Source of the DNA: a virus
Lineage: Duplodnaviria > Caudoviricetes
Length of the DNA: 32,048 nucleotides
Reading direction: 5' to 3' (one strand)
IMG/VR virus record: IMGVR_UViG_3300020042_003070
Location: 1-32,048 of that record
The stretch's first letter is position 1. Each line of letters starts with the position of its first letter. This document shows positions 1-7,119 of the stretch, one piece after another. The translations under genes and the position numbers were made by a program. The notes beneath the pieces are model-generated. The model was not told the DNA's origin. It saw only the letters and a program-made list of their open reading frames with translations, and did no database searches.

Positions 1-160
1 ACTAACTTATGGCCACCTGGCGCTAGGTCGATGTTAGTTAACACTCACTAACATGTCATGTTAGTAGTCACTAACTTAGCTAAGTTAGTGTGCACTCACT
101 TCGCTAGGCTAAGTTAGTAGCCACTAACTTATGGATGTTAGTTAGCACTCACTAACTTAG
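1..160. repeat. Array of short palindromic units, consensus (A/T)GTTAGT-N4 or N8-ACTAAC(A/T)
   Basis: Units at 31-54, 60-75, 84-99 (ACTCAC variant), 110-131 and 137-156, plus a half unit at 1-9 cut by the window edge. Non-coding. Confidence 0.9.
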
Positions 161-163
161 TGG

Positions 164-196
164 CTGTAAGGATTGTGTAAGGAAATACCTTACATT
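164..196 (+). promoter_or_regulatory. Putative early promoter/operator
   Basis: TGTAAGG direct repeats at 165 and 176 (11-bp phase), inverted copy CCTTACA at 188-194, candidate -10 TACATT at 191-196, upstream of the first + strand gene. Confidence 0.4.
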
Positions 197-246
197 AATA
201 TCACTGGCCGCGATATTGCAGCCAGGCAACTAAAGGAAAGTACATC

Positions 247-435
247 ATGACTAAATCAGAGACACGCGAATTACTAAAAATTATCGGTTACCTTGATGAA
301 TCTAATCTGCGTGGCATGGCCGCGCGCTCGCTGGCCACACTCATTCGCAGTACACGCGGGCGCAACACACGCGCAGAGCTCTTAGATTTTGCCCGCGTCA
401 ATCGCTTGAATGAGCGCATCGAATTCAAAATTTAA
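247..435 (+). CDS. Hypothetical early protein (62 aa)
   Basis: ORF with AAGGA RBS inside the repeated leader motif. Confidence 0.7.
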   Translation: MTKSETRELLKIIGYLDESNLRGMAARSLATLIRSTRGRNTRAELLDFARVNRLNERIEFKI

Positions 436-444
436 ATGTAAACC

Positions 445-465
445 GGCCAGCGCGCGTCGCTGGCC
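445..465 (+). other. Intergenic GC-rich hairpin (processing/regulatory site?)
   Basis: GGCCAGCG-cgcgt-CGCTGGCC, no U-tract. Confidence 0.55.
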
Positions 466-497
466 ACAAAATAAACTCAACTAAACGAAAGTACAGT

Positions 498-1253
498 ATG
501 AAAATTCTAGGATATATCGCGTATGAAGGCCCGTCAATGATCGACGGCGCGCCCATTGTCGTTATCGTTAATAAAATCGACACCGATTCAAAAAACGATA
601 AAACCGGCGCGATCGCGCAAAGCTTTATTTTGCGCAGCGACATTTCACCGATCGACGCGCTCAACACCGGCGCCGACGTTTCAATCTGTGGCGACTGTGG
701 CCACCGGCCGTATCTCATTAAAACCGGCCAAAGCGATGAACCACCGTGCTATGTAAACGTCGGCCGATCGGTTCGCTCAGTGTACGAGGCATACAAGCGC
801 GGCCGATATGTGAAGGCCGACGCGGCTACAATCGCGCGCGCTTTGGCCGGTGTGGTCATTCGCTTAGGCACGTATGGCGATCCATTCGCAGCACCGGTGG
901 CCATGTGGGCCAAAATAACGCGCTACGCAGCCGGCCACCGTGGCTATACACATCAATGGGCGCGCCCTGATTTTGACGTGGCCGCGTGGGCCCCTATGGT
1001 AATGGCCAGCGCGGATAATATTGATCAAGCCGCGCATGCAAATTTATTAGGCATGCGGGTTTTTCGTGTGTCGATCGGTGTTGACGTGCAAGCCGGTGAG
1101 GCGTCATGCCCGGCCAGCAAAGAAGCCGGCGCGCGCGCCACATGCGCAAAATGTCCTCTTTGCTCGGGCACGTCAATCCAGGCCCGCGATATTGTTATCG
1201 CGGATCACGCAACCGGCCACGCCCGACGCGTGATTAAACTCGCCACGGCCTAA
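498..1253 (+). CDS. Gp88-like Cys-rich putative Fe-S (radical-SAM-like) protein
   Basis: Motifs N-x-KTG, SICGDC...CYV, IRLGTYGDP, GYTHQW, MASAD and C-terminal CPAS...TCAKCPLC resemble the phage Gp88-like family. Confidence 0.65.
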   Translation: MKILGYIAYEGPSMIDGAPIVVIVNKIDTDSKNDKTGAIAQSFILRSDISPIDALNTGADVSICGDCGHRPYLIKTGQSDEPPCYVNVGRSVRSVYEAYKRGRYVKADAATIARALAGVVIRLGTYGDPFAAPVAMWAKITRYAAGHRGYTHQWARPDFDVAAWAPMVMASADNIDQAAHANLLGMRVFRVSIGVDVQAGEASCPASKEAGARATCAKCPLCSGTSIQARDIVIADHATGHARRVIKLATA

Positions 1254-1264
1254 TGCTCGACTGT

Positions 1265-1283
1265 ATGCGGCCACCGGCCGCAT
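1265..1283 (+). other. Intergenic GC-rich hairpin
   Basis: ATGCGGCC-acc-GGCCGCAT, no U-tract. Confidence 0.55.
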
Positions 1284-1326
1284 GCGGGCGCGTATTTGCG
1301 TCGATTCAATCAACTAAGGGGAAAGT

Positions 1327-1569
1327 ATGCAAAAATTAAAATTTAATGTTGGTGATAACGTGGCATTTGCGCGCCACGTGGTCAAGCGCTTAGGCCACGA
1401 TAAACCCACGGCCGACGCGCGCGGCCGCGTGGTGGCCGTTGACGGGCCGGTGGTGGCCGTTGATTTTGCCGGCACATGGTCAACCCACGAAAATGGCGGC
1501 ACCGTGCGCCACGTGCCGGCCGGTAATTTGACCAAAATTATGGCCAATGGGGTGGTATATGACTATTAA
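1327..1569 (+). CDS. Hypothetical early protein, possible SH3/KOW-like beta-barrel
   Basis: RBS AAGGGG; begins KFNVGDNV, a pattern common in small beta-barrel phage proteins. Confidence 0.7.
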   Translation: MQKLKFNVGDNVAFARHVVKRLGHDKPTADARGRVVAVDGPVVAVDFAGTWSTHENGGTVRHVPAGNLTKIMANGVVYDY

Positions 1570-1807
1570 AACAATGATCGCAAAATATAAGGGTATCGAC
1601 GCGCGAACCGGCGGCCCCATACGGCCAGGCGATGAAATTCAATTCGACACGGCCACGCGTAAAGCATGGATCACCGACGACGACGACAGAATGACAATAA
1701 CCTCAAGCCGGTACGTGTCCGACGTGTTTCAGATCGGTGGCCGTGAGTATTACCAAAATAAAAACGGTCGATGCATTGACGCGCCATGTTGTGGGTGCTG
1801 CACATGA
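1559..1807 (+). CDS. Hypothetical protein with C-terminal CxDAPCCGCC cluster
   Basis: Start moved to ATG 1559 (GGTGG RBS, overlaps upstream gene); ends GRCIDAPCCGCCT. Confidence 0.7.
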   Translation: MTIKTMIAKYKGIDARTGGPIRPGDEIQFDTATRKAWITDDDDRMTITSSRYVSDVFQIGGREYYQNKNGRCIDAPCCGCCT

Positions 1808-1959
1808 CGTATTACAAAACAAAAGCGGCCGCGCAGGCGCTGGCCGATGAATTGACGCTTCAGGACCGCGACGCATGGCGGTATGAGGTCCATGGGGCCG
1901 CGCGTGGCTTTTACGTCGCGGTATTTGATGATGACGGCCATTTTTTGGGGAATTTATGA
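1804..1959 (+). CDS. Hypothetical protein (51 aa; not in ORF track)
   Basis: MTYYKTKAAAQALADEL...FDDDGHFLGNL; ATGA overlaps at both ends. Confidence 0.7.
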   Translation: MTYYKTKAAAQALADELTLQDRDAWRYEVHGAARGFYVAVFDDDGHFLGNL

Positions 1960-2039
1960 AAGATTATTTTGCTGCTTTGATTATCGCGGCCGCGCTCACT
2001 GTGTGCGCGCTGGCTTATTTTGACGTTTTAATTAAGTAA
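1956..2039 (+). CDS. Small single-TM protein (27 aa; not in ORF track)
   Basis: MKDYFAALIIAAALTVCALAYFDVLIK; ATGA overlap, GGGG RBS, fills the gap to the next RBS. Confidence 0.6.
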   Translation: MKDYFAALIIAAALTVCALAYFDVLIK

Positions 2040-2048
2040 GGGGGAATT

Positions 2049-2300
2049 ATGCAAACTTATAAATTAAACACAGGGGTACATGTACTAGCGCGTTTTTTAA
2101 AAGACGGTAATTTGTACCCTTACACGTATATAAACCGTACGCAAGCAGAAAATGCAGCCCGTAAATATGGGGGTGAAGTCTACCAGGGGCCAAGTAGCCG
2201 ACGGGTATTTTATATAACTCAAACCCATGATTCTGAATGCCCAGTTAATTATGGCTGCGCGTGTTATTGTGACCGTACAACTTTGGAGCAAACAACATGA
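2049..2300 (+). CDS. Hypothetical protein (83 aa)
   Basis: RBS AAGGGGG; C-terminal H-x3-C...C-x-C-x-C. Confidence 0.7.
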   Translation: MQTYKLNTGVHVLARFLKDGNLYPYTYINRTQAENAARKYGGEVYQGPSSRRVFYITQTHDSECPVNYGCACYCDRTTLEQTT

Positions 2301-2581
2301 GAACGATTATTTTAGGATCTACACGTTATACGGTGCGCGATGATCGCACCGACATCATGGCCGCGTATGCTAAGTGCACCGGCAAGCATAAGATTGTCAA
2401 ATCTAAGGGCGCGGAAAAACGGTTTTATCCGGTTTACCAGGCCGAAACGTCGACGGCGGAGTATGTGGCCGAATATGAAAAGCTTAACAAAAAAATTATG
2501 CCTTGGGACTGGGCCCAGCTGCGCGCCGATCCATGCCTGCTACCAGTAGGCGAAGATAGCATGTGGGAGGTGACAGAATGA
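2297..2581 (+). CDS. Hypothetical protein (94 aa)
   Basis: GGAG RBS, ATGA overlap. Confidence 0.7.
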   Translation: MRTIILGSTRYTVRDDRTDIMAAYAKCTGKHKIVKSKGAEKRFYPVYQAETSTAEYVAEYEKLNKKIMPWDWAQLRADPCLLPVGEDSMWEVTE

Positions 2582-2793
2582 ACCCGATATTTGCACAGGC
2601 ACTGGCTCCATGGACACCACCACCGGCACCTACATCGGCCGAACTAGTAACGCGTGCGTTAATTATGGGGCTCACTGCGCCGGACGCTGAAAGGGCGCAG
2701 GAATGCGCCGACATGGCCGAACATTGGGCGCAGTGGTTAACTGATGCCGAGGTGGAAGCCTGCAAAGCCGAAGCCATGAGATATACAAAATGA
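2578..2793 (+). CDS. Hypothetical protein (71 aa)
   Basis: Start moved to ATG 2578 (GGAGGT RBS, ATGA overlap). Confidence 0.7.
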   Translation: MNPIFAQALAPWTPPPAPTSAELVTRALIMGLTAPDAERAQECADMAEHWAQWLTDAEVEACKAEAMRYTK

Positions 2794-2849
2794 CAATCAT
2801 ATGCGCGGCCTTGATTGCTGCTATACTGGCCATTCTGCTCGGTTTGTAG
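2790..2849 (+). CDS. 19-aa hydrophobic peptide (not in ORF track)
   Basis: MTIICAALIAAILAILLGL; ATGA-coupled, last ORF before the terminator. Confidence 0.45.
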   Translation: MTIICAALIAAILAILLGL

Positions 2850-2866
2850 CAGTTGCCAAACTTTAC

Positions 2867-2891
2867 GGGCCCCTTACGGGGCCCTTTTTTT
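2867..2891 (+). terminator. Intrinsic terminator of the early operon
   Basis: GGGCCCC-TTAC-GGGGCCC followed by a T tract, at the junction with the convergent primase gene. Confidence 0.85.
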
Positions 2892-5154
2892 ATACTTCAA
2901 CCATGCGGCGCAGATCTGATTTAGACGTGTCCACCATTTCGCGCACACAAAAAACGTGCTTCTTACTGTCGTAGTCACGCGATTTAAGTCTGCCCATGTC
3001 CACCCAGCCGGCCTCTTTAAGCGCATGAAGTAGCGCGGCCTGCACCACCTTGACCCCTGTGGGGGCTTGGCCTTGCAAGCGGTCGCAGAGGGCGTGAAAA
3101 GGGCCACCGACTACACCACGCGAAAACTCGCCAGCGCGGCGGCGCATAAGGTCAACTAGGAACGACTCGGCGGTGCTCATGCCGTGCTCAACCATGATGG
3201 CCTTGGCTTCGGTCATCGGAGGGGGCGCGGTGGGGTTCCACGCTGACACGTCGCGGGTGTGGAGGTAATGGGCGACGGCCTCAAAGCCGCCTCGGTGCTG
3301 GTACCAGTTCCATAAGCTCACCGCGTGAGCCTCTGGTAGTTTAGATGCCTCCGCCCAAATCACGAACCACCGGCGGTCTTCGCTGGGAATACTGATGGCC
3401 ACGCGCTCATTGCTGAATGCAACCACGAACACGCGGTTTAGGGCGTAGTAGGGGTGCAAGCCCTTGCGGTTAACCATCAGATATTCAGGGGGCGCTGCAA
3501 TGATAGGCTTGAGGTGGTTTTCTAATGCGCGGCGGTCTTTGGCCTCGGCTTGGCGTAGCTCGGCGATTTCCATCACTTCACATTCCAACCCGTAACCCCA
3601 TTGGGAGGTCAAATCCTCGTTTTTAATCATGCTGCAATTAACCTTGGCTCTGCCACCTATCGCCCAAAAGAAGGGGGCAAAAAGAGTGTCTTTGCCGCTG
3701 CCATGGTTGCCGCCCATCAGAATGGCGTGATTGATCTTATGGGTGGGGAACTGCACTTTATGCGCCAGCGCGTTAAGCAAGTGCTCACGCTCAAACTTCT
3801 CAGGAACCATGCGCTCAACGTGCGTGAGCCACTGGGATACATCACCGGCCACTGGCTGCGGGCGAGCATCGCGCCAGCGGTTGCCGTAGACCATGCCGTC
3901 ACGCGCGACTAGGACGGACTCGCCGGCGGCGTAAGTGACACCGACCAAAGCCTTGGCACCCTTGGCTTGGCGTAGCTCATCGAACGACGTAGCCGCCTCG
4001 ACGCGACGCTTAGCATTGTGAACCGACTTACAGTCGATATGACGAAACAGGGCGTTGAAGGTATGCCGGCTAATCTCGCGGCGGTCTTGCATGTCAAAGA
4101 ATGCGTCGTCAACTTGTACGTACGCAAAGCGGTTCCACCACTCGGCCTTCTCAACACGTCCCAACTCTTTGCGCTCGACCTCGGCGATGACAGCAGAGGC
4201 CACGTCGGGGTACTCAGGTGTCGGGGCGATCTTAGACAGTGCCGAGTCCATGGCCTGCGCCAGCAGTTCTTCGCGCAAACCTGGGGTGTGTGCTGGGCCG
4301 TCATTGTCGGCCACCCACTGCAAGAACAGGCGCGAGTCAAAGTCAACGCAGTGCGAGTGCAGGCAGCAGTAGGCGCGGTTTGACGGCATATAGCGGCCTT
4401 CGGGGTTGCCGTCGGTGTGCTCTGCTGAGTTCGGGCAAATGACGCCAGCCCAGCCTTCGCCGTTGGGTTTAGACAATATAAGACCCTGCTCGGACAGCCA
4501 CGCCATCACGTCGTCGGCACCGTCATCGGACAGCCTGATAGGGCGCAGGGTGAGCGAGTCGGCCTCGACGGGTGTGACTTTAAGCGCGGCGCAGATGTCG
4601 TCTAAGGTGTACTCGCGGTCGGGGTGGAACTCAACCAAGCGCGACTCAAACTGCCCACGCTCAGGCTTCAAGTTAACCGAGCCTGGCAACCTGAAGTTAC
4701 GCACAGGGTTGCAGGCACCTGGGTCGGTGTAGCCGGCGTCTGCAATGGCGCGGATGGCGGCGCTGAACTCGGCCTTGGTCGGCTGGTCGCTGAAGGCGTA
4801 GCCCCACTGGAATGAGCCCTCGGACGTTTCCATAATCCAAGTGGGGGCCAGCGGGGGCGTCTTGGACTTAGTGCCGATATCGTCCAGCATCATCACTAGG
4901 ATGTACTCGCAGTTGACTGCTGACGCTGACACGCGGCCATCGGTGAAGCGGTCGATGATGAAGCTGGCGGTGTTGCCGTACCATGCTTGGCCTGCTTTGG
5001 TGCCCTTGCTGGGCAGATACGCTGGCCATGTGCACTTGACGGCACCATCGGCGTGGAGTTGGATCTCGCCGTTTTTTAATTGTGGTTTTTGATGCACAAT
5101 AAGTGCAGTCTCGCCAGTTGGGGCGAGTTTTGTGATAAATTCCAAGAATTCCAA
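2890..5154 (-). CDS. Primase-helicase (RepB-like primase + Zn motif + DUF5906/NrS-1-like helicase)
   Basis: MLDDIG, ETSEGSFQWGY and NPVRNFRLPGS primase motifs; CPNSAEH...CCLHSHC; Walker A GNHGSGKDT; FSN and EDRRWFV. TTG start with GGGAG RBS. Confidence 0.85.
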   Translation of the reverse strand: MEFLEFITKLAPTGETALIVHQKPQLKNGEIQLHADGAVKCTWPAYLPSKGTKAGQAWYGNTASFIIDRFTDGRVSASAVNCEYILVMMLDDIGTKSKTPPLAPTWIMETSEGSFQWGYAFSDQPTKAEFSAAIRAIADAGYTDPGACNPVRNFRLPGSVNLKPERGQFESRLVEFHPDREYTLDDICAALKVTPVEADSLTLRPIRLSDDGADDVMAWLSEQGLILSKPNGEGWAGVICPNSAEHTDGNPEGRYMPSNRAYCCLHSHCVDFDSRLFLQWVADNDGPAHTPGLREELLAQAMDSALSKIAPTPEYPDVASAVIAEVERKELGRVEKAEWWNRFAYVQVDDAFFDMQDRREISRHTFNALFRHIDCKSVHNAKRRVEAATSFDELRQAKGAKALVGVTYAAGESVLVARDGMVYGNRWRDARPQPVAGDVSQWLTHVERMVPEKFEREHLLNALAHKVQFPTHKINHAILMGGNHGSGKDTLFAPFFWAIGGRAKVNCSMIKNEDLTSQWGYGLECEVMEIAELRQAEAKDRRALENHLKPIIAAPPEYLMVNRKGLHPYYALNRVFVVAFSNERVAISIPSEDRRWFVIWAEASKLPEAHAVSLWNWYQHRGGFEAVAHYLHTRDVSAWNPTAPPPMTEAKAIMVEHGMSTAESFLVDLMRRRAGEFSRGVVGGPFHALCDRLQGQAPTGVKVVQAALLHALKEAGWVDMGRLKSRDYDSKKHVFCVREMVDTSKSDLRRMVEV

Positions 5155-5170
5155 GTTAGTGCTCCCTTAC

Positions 5171-5195
5171 AAGCCCGCCTGCCAGCGGGCTTTTT
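5171..5195 (+). terminator. Terminator-like hairpin between polymerase and primase
   Basis: AAGCCCGC-ctgcca-GCGGGCTT then TTT; the U-tract is on the + (antisense) strand. Confidence 0.55.
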
Positions 5196-7119
5196 ATTTG
5201 CCATACCGAGACATGATCGCCACCTCTGCACCAAGGGGTAAACCCTCAGCCCAGTTGGGTGGCGTACACATCACACGTTTCAAATGTTCGGCCATTTCTT
5301 CCGGCCTGTCAGTCTCTAACACTATTTCGTCATGCACATGAAGTACCACATCATCAAGCTGGCGCAGTGAGTGGCGCAGCAGATCGTTGGCGGTGGCTTG
5401 AGTGATATTTTCGCATGCCAACCCTTTCCACAACCTTGCACGAGGCCACTCTTTTGCGTCTGCTGCCGGCTTCCAAGCGGCCTTGGCATATGTCACGCCA
5501 TCGGTCTCTAGCTTGGCAAACGGGTAACAAAGCACACGCCTAGAGGGCAAAGCATACCAAAGGTGCTGGCCGTCGAACATATAGGTAACCCGACCTACGC
5601 TGAACTCATGGCCCTTGTTTCGCATGGCGCGGGTGTAGGCTTCTTCTAGGCTTTGCCAGTAAGGCATCGACCAAGGGTTGGCTCTGCGCCATGCGTCGAC
5701 CATGCGCTTGGCGTCGGACTCAGGCAGGTGTACACCATACACACGACCCATGGCGACAAAGGCACCAATGCCACCGGCAAAGCCGCAGGCCAACTCCTGA
5801 ACCTTGCCGATCTGACGCTGCTCACCATTGACCTGATCGATAGCCACGCCAAAGGTGGCGGCGGCGTTGACCTTATACACGTCGTCGCCTTGGGCAAAGA
5901 TGGCCAGCTTGCGCTCGCCTGCCGGACAGTTGGACAGCCACGGGGTGGCACGGGCTTCGATGGACGACCAGTCGGCAACGACTAGGGACTTTCCCTTAGC
6001 TGGTATTAGTGCGGGCCTGAGCATTCCCTTGAGGACATCTGTAACGCGCTTTCCAAATTGAGGAACAATTGAATGGCCTCTGACCATTGCAACTCTAACG
6101 TCTTCGGGCGATTTGGCGCACTTACGAGTGAAATTGTGAACCTGGGCTCCATAGCTGCTGGCTCGTCCAGTGGCAGACCCTCCAGCAAATACGAAGGCTC
6201 CGCGTACCCTGTGGTCTTCGATGTCTGCAAGGCTTGCAAGGCGGCTGAACTTCGCAACCGAAGACGCCCATAGGTCGTCCGCGCATTGGATGACTTCGGC
6301 CACAGCGGGCGGTATCTCATCGGGGTTCTCCATTGCAAGCAAGTTAGCTCGCACAGTCTTGTCAATCGAATATTTCTTCTCGCCGTCTTTAAACGACTCC
6401 ATCAGCTTGAGTGCTTGAGGGCCTACGCGGTCGATCACCCACTGACGCATTTTAGGTGATCTGACGCTGGTGATCTCGCCTTCGGTCACCTCGGTCACGA
6501 TCTGCTCAATCTCGATCAGCTCATCGCTGGCAAACTTGACGGCGGCGTTGCACAAGGGCACGTCAACCAACACGCCACGGTCGTTGATGCGCTCGTTAAC
6601 ATGGTAGTCAAGCAGTTCTGATTCACTGAGCGGTCTGAGCGCCTTGCTGATTGAGCGCATCGCCCGCACGTCCTGCTCACAGTAGGCCACCATCTCGGCC
6701 ATAAGCGCAGGGTCTTCTTTAAACGGGGGTATGCACAACAGACGAATCAGTTGGGCGCCACGGTGATCCTTCTTCATGGACGCGCCGGCAAAGCGCCCCA
6801 CATCTTCAAGCGAGCCAGGCGCACAGTTAGCGCGGGCCTGGGCTGCGGTGCAAACGAACTGCTCTAAGGCGTAATTCTGCTGAAGCACGTACCAAAAGAT
6901 CAGGCGCTCAAATGCGGCATTGTGGGCGTAGATAGGGCCTGTGTGGTTGCGTACTGCTTCGGGAAATGGTTGCGATGGTAGCCACGTGACTACATCATCA
7001 TCGCCAAAGGCGTAAGACATGCACAGCACTTCGGTGCTGGCGTCTTGCGCGTAGTTGTAAACGCCCGCGACTTTTAGGTCGCAGGCGCTACGGGTTTCAA
7101 AATCAACCCAGAGAGTCAT
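5194..7119 (-). CDS. polA: Phage family A DNA polymerase with 3'-5' exonuclease domain
   Basis: Exo motifs DFET, AHNAAFER and YCEQDV; motif A DWSSIEAR, motif B RQIGKVQELACGFAGG, motif C HVHDEIV. Confidence 0.95.
   Translation of the reverse strand: MTLWVDFETRSACDLKVAGVYNYAQDASTEVLCMSYAFGDDDVVTWLPSQPFPEAVRNHTGPIYAHNAAFERLIFWYVLQQNYALEQFVCTAAQARANCAPGSLEDVGRFAGASMKKDHRGAQLIRLLCIPPFKEDPALMAEMVAYCEQDVRAMRSISKALRPLSESELLDYHVNERINDRGVLVDVPLCNAAVKFASDELIEIEQIVTEVTEGEITSVRSPKMRQWVIDRVGPQALKLMESFKDGEKKYSIDKTVRANLLAMENPDEIPPAVAEVIQCADDLWASSVAKFSRLASLADIEDHRVRGAFVFAGGSATGRASSYGAQVHNFTRKCAKSPEDVRVAMVRGHSIVPQFGKRVTDVLKGMLRPALIPAKGKSLVVADWSSIEARATPWLSNCPAGERKLAIFAQGDDVYKVNAAATFGVAIDQVNGEQRQIGKVQELACGFAGGIGAFVAMGRVYGVHLPESDAKRMVDAWRRANPWSMPYWQSLEEAYTRAMRNKGHEFSVGRVTYMFDGQHLWYALPSRRVLCYPFAKLETDGVTYAKAAWKPAADAKEWPRARLWKGLACENITQATANDLLRHSLRQLDDVVLHVHDEIVLETDRPEEMAEHLKRVMCTPPNWAEGLPLGAEVAIMSRYGK

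Noticed and set aside
1-160. CRISPR or mini-CRISPR array
   Set aside because: Units are 16-24 bp and degenerate, and linkers are only 2-18 bp, too short to be spacers; no cas operon.
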